64,000 bases of DNA from assembly GCF_053078305.1 (NCBI RefSeq), contig NZ_CP166879.1; one strand, written 5' to 3'. The notes under the pieces were generated by a model. The model saw nothing but the letters and a program-made list of their open reading frames with translations. It searched no databases and was not told the origin of the DNA. A program made the position numbers and the translations under genes. This document shows, one piece after another, positions 33,460-44,159 of the stretch (the stretch's first letter is position 1; each line of letters opens with the position of its first letter).

Positions 33460-34458
33460 ATGTCCCCTACTATTTATGATATTGCCAGGGTTGCAGGCGT
33501 ATCAAAATCCACCGTATCACGCGTGCTGAATAAGCAAACCAATATCTCCCCGGAAGCGCGCGAAAAAGTGTTACGGGCCATTGAAGAATTACAGTATCAA
33601 CCAAACAAGCTGGCCCGCGCGCTGACCTCTTCGGGTTTTGATGCCATTATGGTGATTTCTACCCGTTCGACCAAAACTACGGCGGGTAATCCGTTTTTCT
33701 CTGAAGTTTTGCATGCCATCACCGCCAAAGCTGAAGAAGAAGGTTTCGACGTGATATTGCAGACGTCGCACAACCTGGCAGAAGACTTACAAAAATGTGA
33801 AAGCAAAATTAAGCAGAAAATGATTAAAGGCATAATTATGCTAAGCTCACCTGCTGATGAATCGTTTTTTGCGCAACTCGATAAATACGATATTCCGGTG
33901 GTGGTGATTGGCAAAGTTGAAGGTCAATATGCCCATGTTTATTCTGTCGATACCGATAATTTTGGCGACAGCATTGCGTTGACCGATGCGTTAATTGAAA
34001 GTGGACATCAAAATATTGCCTGTCTGCATGCACCGCTTGATGTCCATGTTTCAGTGGATCGGGTAAATGGTTATAAGCAGAGTCTGGAAGATCATAATAT
34101 TGCAGTGCGTGATGAATGGATTGTTGATGGCGGTTATACCCATGAAACAGCACTGCAAGCAGCACGGCAATTATTAAGTCAGTCACCGTTGCCTGAGGCA
34201 GTGTTTGCCACTGACAGCCTGAAATTAATGAGCATTTATCGTGCAGCGGCAGAGAAAAACATTGCTATTCCGCATCAGTTAGCGGTGGTGGGTTATAGTA
34301 ATGAAACGCTGTCGTTTATATTAACGCCTGCACCGGGCGGCATCGATGTTCCGACGCAGGAGTTAGGTCAACAAAGCTGCGAGTTATTATTCCGCTTAAT
34401 TTCTGGAAAACCGTCACCACAGAATATTACCGTTGCCACGCATATGTCGTTGAAATAA
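33460..34458 (+). CDS. ycjW: LacI-family transcriptional regulator YcjW, 332 aa
   Basis: N-terminal LacI HTH ([20 protein letters not shown]) and a periplasmic-binding-protein-like effector domain. Confidence 0.85.
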   Translation: MSPTIYDIARVAGVSKSTVSRVLNKQTNISPEAREKVLRAIEELQYQPNKLARALTSSGFDAIMVISTRSTKTTAGNPFFSEVLHAITAKAEEEGFDVILQTSHNLAEDLQKCESKIKQKMIKGIIMLSSPADESFFAQLDKYDIPVVVIGKVEGQYAHVYSVDTDNFGDSIALTDALIESGHQNIACLHAPLDVHVSVDRVNGYKQSLEDHNIAVRDEWIVDGGYTHETALQAARQLLSQSPLPEAVFATDSLKLMSIYRAAAEKNIAIPHQLAVVGYSNETLSFILTPAPGGIDVPTQELGQQSCELLFRLISGKPSPQNITVATHMSLK

Positions 34459-34464
34459 ATGTAT

Positions 34465-34494
34465 GCCGGATTTGGCGCTCGCGCCGCATCCGGC
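34465..34494. repeat. REP element between ycjW and ompG
   Basis: gccggatttggcgctcgcgccgcatccggc, a REP-type palindrome. Confidence 0.5.
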
Positions 34495-34508
34495 AATTTA
34501 GCCCATTA

Positions 34509-35414
34509 TCAGAACGAGTAATTTACGCCGACACCTGCATAATGGAATTTATCACTGTCTCCTTCGTCGTGATCCTGCCACTCAAACGCGTATTCCAGCG
34601 AAACGGAAAGACCATTCTGGAAATCATAACCGTAAAATAAACCCACACGGTTAAAATCATGGCCTTCACGTTCAATATCATCCTGCCAGTCCCAGTTACT
34701 CCAGCGATCCAGCCCAATGCGCGTATACGGCGTCACCGAGTGGTTGCCGAGCGTCAGCGGCAAATAGGCGCGAATTTCTTGCGTGGAAAACTCACCGTTA
34801 TTGCGGCTGTCGTCCATATTGAAGCCGCGCTCGAGATAATAGTTCACTCGCAAAGCAACCGTTTCGTTGAAGGTATATTGCAGACCTGTTTCCGTTTCGA
34901 CACGGGTATCAGCGTAACCGGTCGTGTTCAAATCGTTGGCAAATTTATACATCGACAACCAACCGTTGAAACGTAAATCGTCAGTCAGTTTCACATCCCA
35001 GTCTGGCGCGATTTTCCAGCGCTGCATATTCGCCGTGTCTTTGCCCGGTTCATCAACGTAGTGATAACCATAATTACGGAAACCGCCGGTCAGGCCGAAA
35101 CTGAAATCATCGCTTTCGAGGAACTGATAATGCACCTCCAGCTCCGGGCGATCAAACCACGTTCCACGTTTACCCGCGCTATAATCAACCGGCCCTTCCT
35201 GATAATAGGCCAGAGAAATTCTCCACGGCCCGTTGGCGGCATTAAAATAGACAGAAGGCTCCGCCAGTCCATCCATATCTTCGCCATAACCCTCGACGTT
35301 TTCTATTTCGTACATCGCGCCGATATTAAAGTGCCAGTCGTTCTTTTCCTCGGCCTGTGCGCAGGCCATTCCCGCACACATCACCAGTGCGGTACAGGGT
35401 AATAACTTTTTCAT
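34509..35414 (-). CDS. ompG: Outer membrane porin OmpG, 301 aa
   Basis: Signal peptide, beta-barrel alternating pattern, C-terminal ...NYSF. Confidence 0.9.
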   Translation of the reverse strand: MKKLLPCTALVMCAGMACAQAEEKNDWHFNIGAMYEIENVEGYGEDMDGLAEPSVYFNAANGPWRISLAYYQEGPVDYSAGKRGTWFDRPELEVHYQFLESDDFSFGLTGGFRNYGYHYVDEPGKDTANMQRWKIAPDWDVKLTDDLRFNGWLSMYKFANDLNTTGYADTRVETETGLQYTFNETVALRVNYYLERGFNMDDSRNNGEFSTQEIRAYLPLTLGNHSVTPYTRIGLDRWSNWDWQDDIEREGHDFNRVGLFYGYDFQNGLSVSLEYAFEWQDHDEGDSDKFHYAGVGVNYSF

Positions 35415-35458
35415 TATTGTTCCTTGTATTATCCTGGGGGAATGCCTTCCCCCTGTAT

Positions 35459-36541
35459 TTAGCGAATTGCTATTTCCGTTTCTGCATCAAAGAAATGACA
35501 TTTAGTCATATCAAAATGAATAGTGATATTTTCTCCTGCATGATAATCATTTAACGCACCAGCACGGACCACTAACTCGTGCCCCCCAACCGTGGTGTAG
35601 AGCATAAATTCCGCACCGGTTAATTCTGCCACGCTAATTTTGGCGGAAATGTTATTTTCCTCTTGCGCGTCCGGATGAATATCTTCCGGGCGTATTCCCA
35701 TCACGATGGGCTTATGCAAACTTTCCTGTGTTTTCAGAACCGCTAATTTCTCTTCGGGAATGGTTAATTTAAGCGTTTCCGTAACGAATTTATTGCCATC
35801 GATCGTGCCGCGAATAAAATTCATCGCCGGTGATCCAATAAATCCGGCAACAAACATATTCGCGGGTTGGTTATAAACGGTTTTCGGCGCACCTACTTGC
35901 TGAACAATCCCGTCTTTCATAATCACAATCCGCGTCGCCATGGTCATCGCTTCGGTCTGATCGTGGGTCACGTAGATCATGGTGGTGTTCAGTTTCTGAT
36001 GCAGCTTGCTGATCTCTGCGCGCATTTGCACGCGCAGCTTGGCATCAAGGTTAGAGAGCGGTTCATCCATTAAAAACACGCCCGCTTCGCGTACAATCGC
36101 CCGCCCGAGCGCCACACGCTGACGTTGCCCGCCGGAAAGCGCGCCCGGCTTGCGTTTCAGGTACTCACGCAGGCCGAGAATTTGCGCCGCCCAGTTCACC
36201 CGCTCATCAATCACCTCTTTGGCGATTTTTTGCATCTTCAGGCCAAACGCCATGTTGTCGTAAACCGTCATATGCGGATACAACGCGTAGTTCTGGAACA
36301 CCATCGCGATATTGCGTGCTTTAGCTGGAACGTCATTCATTCGTTTGCCGTCGATCAACAGATCGCCGCCGCTGATCTCCTCAAGCCCGGCAATCATGCG
36401 CAGGGTGGTCGATTTACCGCAGCCCGACGGGCCGACAAATACAATGAACTCTTTATCGGCAATTTCCAGGTTGAAGTCCTTCACCACATGCACCTGGTTA
36501 TCGTAGATTTTTTGAATATGTTGTAACGAAAGCTGAGCCAT
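35459..36541 (-). CDS. ycjV: ABC transporter ATP-binding protein (MalK-like), intact 360 aa
   Basis: Walker A GPSGCGKST, ABC signature LSGGQ, Walker B VFLMDEPLSNLD. The reading frame is uninterrupted. Confidence 0.85.
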   Translation of the reverse strand: MAQLSLQHIQKIYDNQVHVVKDFNLEIADKEFIVFVGPSGCGKSTTLRMIAGLEEISGGDLLIDGKRMNDVPAKARNIAMVFQNYALYPHMTVYDNMAFGLKMQKIAKEVIDERVNWAAQILGLREYLKRKPGALSGGQRQRVALGRAIVREAGVFLMDEPLSNLDAKLRVQMRAEISKLHQKLNTTMIYVTHDQTEAMTMATRIVIMKDGIVQQVGAPKTVYNQPANMFVAGFIGSPAMNFIRGTIDGNKFVTETLKLTIPEEKLAVLKTQESLHKPIVMGIRPEDIHPDAQEENNISAKISVAELTGAEFMLYTTVGGHELVVRAGALNDYHAGENITIHFDMTKCHFFDAETEIAIR

Positions 36542-36554
36542 GTTAATTCCTTTG

Positions 36555-37214
36555 CTATACGTTTTGCCAGAAGGCCGATAACCGCGACCAGGTCAGGGAG
36601 TCCGTTGAAGGCAATAGTAATTGCGCCCCGGTTAAGCCCGCGCCGATCCCCACCGAGCGCATACCGCTGGCGTTAATGGCGTCAATGCCCGCCTGCGCAT
36701 CTTCAATGCCGATACATGCCTGCGGCGGCACGCCCAGCCCGGCACAAGCAGCGAGAAAGATTTCCGGATCCGGTTTCGAGTTTTTAAGTTGGGAAGCATC
36801 CGCGCAGAAGGTGAAAAACTCGCGCAGCTCCAGCGCCGCTAAAATCGTCGGCGCATTGAGGGAGACAGAAGCCAGCCCTACCGCGATCTGCTGTGCGCGG
36901 AGATCTGCCAGCAAAGGCCGGATCCCCGGCAGAACGGCATTAACCGTCAGTTCGCGCAGTGAGTGGACGTAGAGCAGATTTTTGCGATACGCCAGTTGCG
37001 CCCGCTCCTGCGAGTTAAAGTCGCCCTCTTTGCCCCCGTATTGCAGAATGCGCCGCAGAGACTCATCGCGGCTAATCCCTTTTAGGGATTCGTTAAACTG
37101 CGCATCAATGCTGATGCCAATTTCAGCGGCAATCTGCTGCCACGCCTGGAAATGCAGATGCGCGGTATCGGTGATTACACCATCCAGATCGAAAATTACC
37201 CCTTGCAGTTTCAT
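36555..37214 (-). CDS. ycjU: Beta-phosphoglucomutase (HAD superfamily), 219 aa
   Basis: HAD motif [10 protein letters not shown]. Confidence 0.85.
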   Translation of the reverse strand: MKLQGVIFDLDGVITDTAHLHFQAWQQIAAEIGISIDAQFNESLKGISRDESLRRILQYGGKEGDFNSQERAQLAYRKNLLYVHSLRELTVNAVLPGIRPLLADLRAQQIAVGLASVSLNAPTILAALELREFFTFCADASQLKNSKPDPEIFLAACAGLGVPPQACIGIEDAQAGIDAINASGMRSVGIGAGLTGAQLLLPSTDSLTWSRLSAFWQNV

Positions 37215-39478
37215 TCATCCTCCTGATGCGTGGTAGCGGTCCCATTGAAGGGCAAAATAAAATCACCCAAACAGAAAACAGATTCTTCAGCCACGGATAT
37301 AAGCTGACCGTTCAAACGCAGTGAAACGGGCGCAGAAGTTCGAATCGCAATACGCTGCGCGTCGAGAGTGACCTGTAATTCGCAGCCCTGCCAGAACAGA
37401 GGGAAAGACAACTGTTGCCACTGCTCCGGTAACGCCGGATTGAGATGCAATTCACCGTCACGCACGCTCACCCCGGCAAAACCCTGAATCGCCCCCAGCC
37501 AGATAGCGCCAGTTGCGGCAGCATGGATACCATCATCACAACTATGCGGATCAGCACCAAGATCGATTTCAGTCCCCTCGCGCCAGAACTGATAACTTTG
37601 GGTCAGCAGGCCACAGCGTGCGGCAACAATGCCGTGGATTGCTTTACTTAATGACGAGTCGTGAATAGTGCGCGGTTCATAAAATTGCAGATTGGCAAGA
37701 CACGATGCCGCTGAGAACTGCTCCGGCAGCATGTAATTGAGCATCACCACATCAGCTTGTTTGAGGATCTGCATCTCGTTCACTTCTGCGCGTGAATAAT
37801 CCAGCAGTATGGTTTGCTTCCCCGCCGCCGCTTTGTATTTCGCCAGATTAATCGCCGGCTTAGCCATAAACGAATCATCCTGCGGCAAAACGCCGTCGGG
37901 CTGAATTTCTGGCATCCATAGCTCTTTGAGGAACATTTCGGCGCGATGGATAAACGCATCGTCGCTACAGCCGAACTGGCGGGCAATATTCAGCGCCTGT
38001 TGAACGTTGTAGCGGGCCATATAGCTGGTGTATGCATTATTATTGACATGTTCGGTATATTCGTCTGGCCCAATAACATCATGAATTTCCAGACGATCGT
38101 TAACTCTCACCGCGCGGCTAATCCAGAACTTTGCCGTCTCCAGAAGTAGCGCCATGCCTTCATGAGCAATGAAACTTTCATCCCCCGTTGTCTGCCAGTA
38201 TTGAATAACCGCCCAGGCGATATCGGCCACCAGATGATGTTCCGCCTGCGCCGAAGCCACTTTTTGCCGCAGCCCGGTGCGAATGTTAATGGCGGCAAAT
38301 TCCGGCGTCTCTTCTTCGCCGCTGCGCGCGCTTTCCCACGGAAATAGCGCGCCCTGCCAGCCGTTGCGTCGCGCTTTCTCCTGCGCGCCTGGCAAGTTGT
38401 GCCAGCGATAACGCAGTAAACTTCGGGCAACCGTCGGATCGCTAAGCAGATGAAACGGTAGCAAAAATACTTCTGTATCCCAGAAAACGTGGCCTTTGTA
38501 GCCTTCGCCGGTTAAGCCTTTCGCCGCAATGCTGCTGCGCTCGTCGTGAGCAGGCGTCATGATGCGCAGATGATAAAGCGCATAATCTAACGCTTGCTGA
38601 TCGTGCTCATCGCCGCCATTTACCGTGATACGACGTTTCTGCCACCATTGACGCCAGTTTTCTGTTGATGCAGCAAGAAGTTGGTCGTAACTCTGCTGCG
38701 CGCACATTTCAAGCTGGCGAAGCGACGCGCTGCCCCACTCGTCTAAAACGGCTTGCCTGTCATCCCGCCAGTCGATCCACACCAGTTTTTGCAACGTCAC
38801 TGTCTCGCCTGCATGAAGCTGCGCACTGGTATGTTGCAGCAAACGGCGCTCTTTGGCGGTATAGCATTGCTGCACATCACCGCTCACCTTACAGCAACAG
38901 TTGATGGCCACATCACTGCGTCCATCCTGGGTGGTGTAGATCCCCTGCATCAGATGCTGACCAAACACCCGCACCTGGGTTTCGTCGAGATGTTGGCGAC
39001 CGTGGTTGGTTTGCGTGGCGTCGATACCTGTTGAAATCAGCACTGACGCGTCGGCGTCCAGTGGCGTAATAGTGATTTCCAGCGCAATGAGCGGCAGTTG
39101 GTCTGCCGAAACAAAGCGACGGCTGGCGATGGTGTAACCTGCGCCGTTGCTGGTACGCCAGACAACGTTGCGGCGTAATTCGCCACTGGCAAAGTCAAGC
39201 TCACGCTGCCAGGCTTCGTGGGATAACGAGAAAACCTCACCATTTATGGCAATCTCCATCCCCAAGATATCAGGCAGGTTCACCAGTTCGTTGATTTCAC
39301 CTTTTCCCGCCCGATGATACAGCCCCGCCAGATACATCCCTCGCGTCTGGCGCGTGTAATCTTCTTCATGGCTGGCGCGAAGCCCAAGATAGCCGTTCCC
39401 CTGCGCCATCAGCGAAGCATACTTGTTCAGGGTATGCTGGCTGAAATGGGGTTCTGATAACGTTACTGGCCTGGTCAT
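37211..39478 (-). CDS. ycjT: GH65 glycoside phosphorylase (kojibiose phosphorylase), 755 aa
   Basis: Size and family-typical sequence. Overlaps ycjU and ycjS by 4 nt each. Confidence 0.85.
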   Translation of the reverse strand: MTRPVTLSEPHFSQHTLNKYASLMAQGNGYLGLRASHEEDYTRQTRGMYLAGLYHRAGKGEINELVNLPDILGMEIAINGEVFSLSHEAWQRELDFASGELRRNVVWRTSNGAGYTIASRRFVSADQLPLIALEITITPLDADASVLISTGIDATQTNHGRQHLDETQVRVFGQHLMQGIYTTQDGRSDVAINCCCKVSGDVQQCYTAKERRLLQHTSAQLHAGETVTLQKLVWIDWRDDRQAVLDEWGSASLRQLEMCAQQSYDQLLAASTENWRQWWQKRRITVNGGDEHDQQALDYALYHLRIMTPAHDERSSIAAKGLTGEGYKGHVFWDTEVFLLPFHLLSDPTVARSLLRYRWHNLPGAQEKARRNGWQGALFPWESARSGEEETPEFAAINIRTGLRQKVASAQAEHHLVADIAWAVIQYWQTTGDESFIAHEGMALLLETAKFWISRAVRVNDRLEIHDVIGPDEYTEHVNNNAYTSYMARYNVQQALNIARQFGCSDDAFIHRAEMFLKELWMPEIQPDGVLPQDDSFMAKPAINLAKYKAAAGKQTILLDYSRAEVNEMQILKQADVVMLNYMLPEQFSAASCLANLQFYEPRTIHDSSLSKAIHGIVAARCGLLTQSYQFWREGTEIDLGADPHSCDDGIHAAATGAIWLGAIQGFAGVSVRDGELHLNPALPEQWQQLSFPLFWQGCELQVTLDAQRIAIRTSAPVSLRLNGQLISVAEESVFCLGDFILPFNGTATTHQEDE

Positions 39479-40530
39479 AATTCCACACGCGTCCCTGTTT
39501 CTGCGGATTGATACAACGCCGCCACCAGTTGCTGGATGATGTACCCCTGCTCGGCGTCGGCTATCATCACGGGCTTACCCTGTACGTGATTGATAAAGGC
39601 TTCCATGCTGCGCAAATGGCGGTTGTCGTCTGCCATTTCCCGTTGCATCAGCGTCATTAACTCACCGTTGTTATCGGTATAGATATGTGCCGGAAACAGC
39701 GTCGCCCCTGCTTTATCGCCACAAAAGCTGACGTTCATAATCGACTGTTCGCGGATGTTGAGTGCAAATGACGTTTCCAGCCACAGAATGCCGCCGTTAT
39801 GAAATTCAATGGTGCCAAACAACGAATCTTCGACACTGTAAGTTGCCGGGTCCCACTCGCCAAACTGACCGCAGCTCTTTTGCGTGCCGATCTTTTGAAA
39901 ACTATGCGCATTCACGCTTTTCACCGCCGGAAAGCCCAGCACATACATCGCCGCATCCAGCATATGAATACCGATGTCGATCAGTGGGCCACCACCTTGC
40001 AGTTCTTTATTGGTAAAGACACCCCAGCCGGGAACGCCGCAGCGACGCAGGGCGCGGGCGGTGGTAACGTAAATCTCTCCCAAAACGCCGTTGGTCACCT
40101 GTTCACGCAGCTGTTGCGTATCGAGCGCAAAACGATGGTGAAAGTCGTAGGCCAGCACCTTGCCCTGTTTGCGCGCGGTATCGCACATTTCCCGCGCCTG
40201 TTCTGGCGTCATGGCGGGCGGTTTTTCGCACATCACATGGCAGCCCGCTTCAAGCGCCATCAGGGTATGTTCGTAATGAAAACGGTTAGGTGAGCAGACG
40301 CTAACCACATCAGGTTTCACCGCCAGCAGCATGGCCTGCGGATCGTCCCACACGGATGCATTCCCGTATTTTTCTGCCAGCGCCTGCGCCTGGGAAAGGC
40401 GGCTGTCACAGACAGCCACCAGTTCCAGATCGTTGCGGGTGCAGTAGTACGAAGCATGAACCTTATCCGCCACCTGGCCTGCGCCTATTATCGCGACACG
40501 CAGCGGAGAGCTTGTCATTGCACTTTTCAC
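39475..40530 (-). CDS. ycjS: Gfo/Idh/MocA-family NAD(P)-dependent sugar oxidoreductase, 351 aa
   Basis: N-terminal Rossmann motif VAIIGAGQV. Confidence 0.85.
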   Translation of the reverse strand: MKSAMTSSPLRVAIIGAGQVADKVHASYYCTRNDLELVAVCDSRLSQAQALAEKYGNASVWDDPQAMLLAVKPDVVSVCSPNRFHYEHTLMALEAGCHVMCEKPPAMTPEQAREMCDTARKQGKVLAYDFHHRFALDTQQLREQVTNGVLGEIYVTTARALRRCGVPGWGVFTNKELQGGGPLIDIGIHMLDAAMYVLGFPAVKSVNAHSFQKIGTQKSCGQFGEWDPATYSVEDSLFGTIEFHNGGILWLETSFALNIREQSIMNVSFCGDKAGATLFPAHIYTDNNGELMTLMQREMADDNRHLRSMEAFINHVQGKPVMIADAEQGYIIQQLVAALYQSAETGTRVEL

Positions 40531-40539
40531 AAAGACCTC

Positions 40540-41328
40540 TTAGCAGGTACGCAACCAGGCCAACGAATCACGGTACGCCTGGGCAGGATCTTCTGCCCGG
40601 ATACGCCCTTCATACACCACATAACCCTGATAGTTATCGGCGCGCAGCTGTTCAAACAGCGCGTGGAAATCGAGGGTGCCGCTGCCCGGCTGGTAACGAT
40701 GGTTATCGGCAATATGCACATGACCGAGCAAGTCACGGTTGTCGTGCAGCGCCTGCGCGAGGTTATCTTCTTCGATGTTCATGTGATAGAAATCGCCGAT
40801 AATCTGCACATGTTTAAGATTGTTTTCGACGATGTAACGACGAGCATCGGCGAGGGTGTTGATCATATGATCCTGATAGCGGTTTAACGGTTCGAGATAC
40901 ACCACGGTTCCGGTACGCGCGGCGACCTGTTCCAGTACGCGCAGGGAATCACTCACCATTTTGCGGTCGCCGTCCAGGCTACGCGGCGAGGTCATCGGCG
41001 GTAAGCGGAAGGTAAACATGCCCCACGCTGCCGGAACGACGATACCTTTACCCCCCACTTCTGCCAGCGCTTCGAGAATGCGTTCGATCTGCTTTAAGCC
41101 ATTAAGACGACGCTCTTCGATAAAGTCACCAATCCAGCCGTCATAGCCGCCGCAGGCGGTGGTCACTGGTAAACCGGTTTCTTTGATCGCCGCTTTGACT
41201 TCTTCGATGTTGTTGACCAGCAGTTTGCCGTCAATCTCAAAACCATCGAAGCCCATCTCTTTGATATAACGAAATTTCTCGCGGATATTTTCCGGAAAGA
41301 ATGCCTGATTCTGTGTGCCTATTTTCAT
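40540..41328 (-). CDS. ycjR: Xylose-isomerase-like TIM-barrel sugar epimerase, 262 aa
   Basis: Start at MKIGTQNQAFF gives the K-12 length. The track ORF extends 43 codons further upstream. Confidence 0.8.
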   Translation of the reverse strand: MKIGTQNQAFFPENIREKFRYIKEMGFDGFEIDGKLLVNNIEEVKAAIKETGLPVTTACGGYDGWIGDFIEERRLNGLKQIERILEALAEVGGKGIVVPAAWGMFTFRLPPMTSPRSLDGDRKMVSDSLRVLEQVAARTGTVVYLEPLNRYQDHMINTLADARRYIVENNLKHVQIIGDFYHMNIEEDNLAQALHDNRDLLGHVHIADNHRYQPGSGTLDFHALFEQLRADNYQGYVVYEGRIRAEDPAQAYRDSLAWLRTC

Positions 41329-41345
41329 TTTTTCATTCCTTTGAA

Positions 41346-42398
41346 TTAAAACGTAACGCCCATTTTGATGCTCTGTTCCGGATGCTGATCGACATACTGC
41401 ATGTAGCTTTCCGGGCTGTTGGCAAAGGTCACTACCGGGTCGATTAAATCTTCGCAATTGAGATAACCGTTCATCAGCAGTTCCCAGCAGGTTTCTTCAA
41501 TACGCTTACGGCTCCAGCGCGGATAATCCGGGTTCGGTTCGCTGCACGCGCGGGAGAAAACAATTTTGGCGTTATTGAAATGCGCTTCGCGTCCGAGGTT
41601 AAAACCTTCAGCAAATGGTTTGGCAAACGCGACATAAGAGATGGTGCCGCCGTAGGCCAGACCGCGCAGCGCCGATTGCAGCGCGTCGGCGTAACCGCTG
41701 GTTTCGATAATCACATCGGCACCCTGCTTGCCGGTCAGCGTTTTGATCTCTTTGCCTACGTCAGTGCCAATGGGGTTAAGGCAGAAATCAGCACCGTGGC
41801 GACGGGCAATATCACAGCGATGGGCGATAGGATCGACGCCAATTACCACCGATGCGCCAGCGCGTTTCGCCAGTTGGATGGCAATTTGACCGATCGCGCC
41901 AAGCCCTACCACCACGACAAAATCCCCTACGCGTACGTTGGCATCGCGCACGCCGCTCATGGCAAACTGCGCCGGGTCGTAACAGACGGCGTTTTTCCAG
42001 GAGCTGCCTTGCGGCATTTTGCGCAGCTTGTAGTTATTCACTGCGTTAATGATGACCGTCTCGGAGAGCGGGCCGTAGCCGCATACGCTGTCGCCCACCG
42101 CGTAGTCGGTAACGTCGCTGCCGCACTCGATAATGTCGCCAACCACCATGTTGCCAAGCTGGAATTTGCCAAACTCAATGCCGCGCGGCGCATCTGCCGG
42201 ACGCGGGGTGAACATCTGCCACTCGCCGTTAAAGTCTTCATCGATAAACGGGCTGGCGGCGCGGAAGTCGACCACTTCCGTTCCGTGTTTCGGTGCGCCG
42301 AAACGCACGCGGATCTTCACTTCATTGGCTAAAATCGCCCGATCTTCATACTCAACCAGCGCAGCAACGCGCGGTGCTGTGGCTACTAACTTTTTCAT
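41346..42398 (-). CDS. ycjQ: Zinc-dependent medium-chain dehydrogenase, 350 aa
   Basis: MDR-family Rossmann motif GLGAIGQIA. Confidence 0.85.
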   Translation of the reverse strand: MKKLVATAPRVAALVEYEDRAILANEVKIRVRFGAPKHGTEVVDFRAASPFIDEDFNGEWQMFTPRPADAPRGIEFGKFQLGNMVVGDIIECGSDVTDYAVGDSVCGYGPLSETVIINAVNNYKLRKMPQGSSWKNAVCYDPAQFAMSGVRDANVRVGDFVVVVGLGAIGQIAIQLAKRAGASVVIGVDPIAHRCDIARRHGADFCLNPIGTDVGKEIKTLTGKQGADVIIETSGYADALQSALRGLAYGGTISYVAFAKPFAEGFNLGREAHFNNAKIVFSRACSEPNPDYPRWSRKRIEETCWELLMNGYLNCEDLIDPVVTFANSPESYMQYVDQHPEQSIKMGVTF

Positions 42399-42428
42399 GT
42401 AAAACTCCTTGTAAAGAAACTGGCCGCT

Positions 42429-43271
42429 TTAGCCCTTCACGCCACCGGCGGTCAAACCACTCTTAATAAAACGTTCCGAAAGCGCATACATAATCACCAC
42501 CGGCAATGCGGTCACCAGCGAGGCCGCCATCATGCGTCCCCAGATGTAATCAGGCGTACTGAACAGCGCGTTCAGGCCCACTGGTAAGGTGAAATTGCTG
42601 GCGCTGGAGAGGAAAATCGACGCAAACAGATAGTCGTTCCACGCCACCATAAAGCAGTAGACGAACACCGATATCAGCCCGGACATCGCCAGGGGCACGG
42701 TGATACGGAAGATAATTTGCAGACGGTTGAGGCCATCCATCATCGCCGCTTCTTCGATCTCATCAGGGATGGTGTCGAAGTAACTTTTCAGCATAAACAC
42801 GGCGGTGGGCAGAGTTTGCGTCACCATGGTAATGATCAGCGCCATCTCGGTGTCGTAAATTCCAAGTGCGGTGATAATTTTGAACAGCGGCACCACCAGC
42901 AAAATGCCGGAGAACATGTACACCGTGTAAAAGCTAGCGTTGATGGTCATCCGACCTTTAAAGCGCAGGCGAGAAAGCGCGTAAGCCCCGAGAATGCCGA
43001 GAAATACCGCCACCACGGATGAAACCACCGACACCACCATGCTGTTACGGAAGTAGTCGACAAACGGGAAAATCACCGGGTTAAAAATGTCGACGTAATG
43101 CTCCAGCGTCCACTGCTGTGGCAGCAGCGTAGGATGCAGCGAGATCGCCTCTTTTGCGCTCTTGAACGAGGTCATCAGCATCACAAAAAACGGAAATAGC
43201 GTGATGATGAGAAACAGCGCCAGCCCGCAGTAAAAACCGATGCGACTGAGTGTGCGTTTATTTGTTGCCAT
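42429..43271 (-). CDS. ycjP: ABC transporter permease (MalG-like), 280 aa
   Basis: Polytopic membrane protein. Overlaps ycjO. Confidence 0.85.
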   Translation of the reverse strand: MATNKRTLSRIGFYCGLALFLIITLFPFFVMLMTSFKSAKEAISLHPTLLPQQWTLEHYVDIFNPVIFPFVDYFRNSMVVSVVSSVVAVFLGILGAYALSRLRFKGRMTINASFYTVYMFSGILLVVPLFKIITALGIYDTEMALIITMVTQTLPTAVFMLKSYFDTIPDEIEEAAMMDGLNRLQIIFRITVPLAMSGLISVFVYCFMVAWNDYLFASIFLSSASNFTLPVGLNALFSTPDYIWGRMMAASLVTALPVVIMYALSERFIKSGLTAGGVKG

Positions 43272-44139
43272 TGAGGTTCACCCGTTTCCTGGTCAGCAGA
43301 ATGACAGCGAAAATAATGATGAAGAGCACCACCGAGATCGCCGCCGCTTTCCCTAAGTCATTAAAGGCAAAGGCAGTTTTGTAGAGATAAACGCCGAGAA
43401 TATCGACCTTGGTCGTCAGCAGATAAACGTCAGCGAACATGTAGAACATCCAGATGGTGCGCAGGGTCACCACCGTCGCCAGGACCGGCATAATCGCGGG
43501 CAGCGTGACGATGCGAAACCGTTGCCAGGCATTAGCGCCATCCATCTCTGCCGCTTCGTACAACGATTTATCAATGGTCTGCAAAATCGCCAGAAACGAG
43601 ATAAAGGCATATGGGAAATAGCGCCAGATGGCGAACAGCACCACCAGCACAAAGCTACTGCCCGGGTTATCGAACCACAGCGGTGCCTGCTCGTAGAGAT
43701 GCAGAAGATCGACGCCGAGGTAGTTCACAATGCCGTAGCCGTTGTTGAACATGTATTTCCAGGCGAACACCAGCGAAATGGACGGCGTTACGTAGGAGAG
43801 GATCACCAGCGAACGCGCGGTTTTGCGCAGGCGGAACTCGCGGTTGAAAAACATCGCCACCGCCAGCCCGAGCACGGTGCTGCCCGCCACCACCAGCGCG
43901 GTATACCAGACCGTCATCCACAGCGAATGCCAGAAGCCGGGATCGGAGAGGATACGCACATAGTTGCTCACCCCAACAAACGTTGACTCGATGTTGGGAT
44001 TGAGCGGCAGACGTAAAAAACTGATTTCGATATTCGACACCATCGGCCACGCCACCAGACCGCCCAGCAGTAATAAGCTGGGCGCGAGAAGCAGCAGCGC
44101 AAACGGCATATCGGAACGACCTGAAAAAAGCCTGTTCAT
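43258..44139 (-). CDS. ycjO: ABC transporter permease (MalF-like), 293 aa
   Basis: Polytopic membrane protein with an EAA-like loop. Confidence 0.85.
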   Translation of the reverse strand: MNRLFSGRSDMPFALLLLAPSLLLLGGLVAWPMVSNIEISFLRLPLNPNIESTFVGVSNYVRILSDPGFWHSLWMTVWYTALVVAGSTVLGLAVAMFFNREFRLRKTARSLVILSYVTPSISLVFAWKYMFNNGYGIVNYLGVDLLHLYEQAPLWFDNPGSSFVLVVLFAIWRYFPYAFISFLAILQTIDKSLYEAAEMDGANAWQRFRIVTLPAIMPVLATVVTLRTIWMFYMFADVYLLTTKVDILGVYLYKTAFAFNDLGKAAAISVVLFIIIFAVILLTRKRVNLNGNK

Positions 44140-44159
44140 TGCGGATTCCTGTCCTGGGT

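Noticed and set aside
41580-42332. 250-aa plus-strand ORF lying entirely antisense within ycjQ
   Set aside because: It shows no recognisable motifs and has no ribosome-binding site. Long antisense ORFs are expected by chance opposite GC-rich genes, and ycjQ on the other strand is clearly the real gene.
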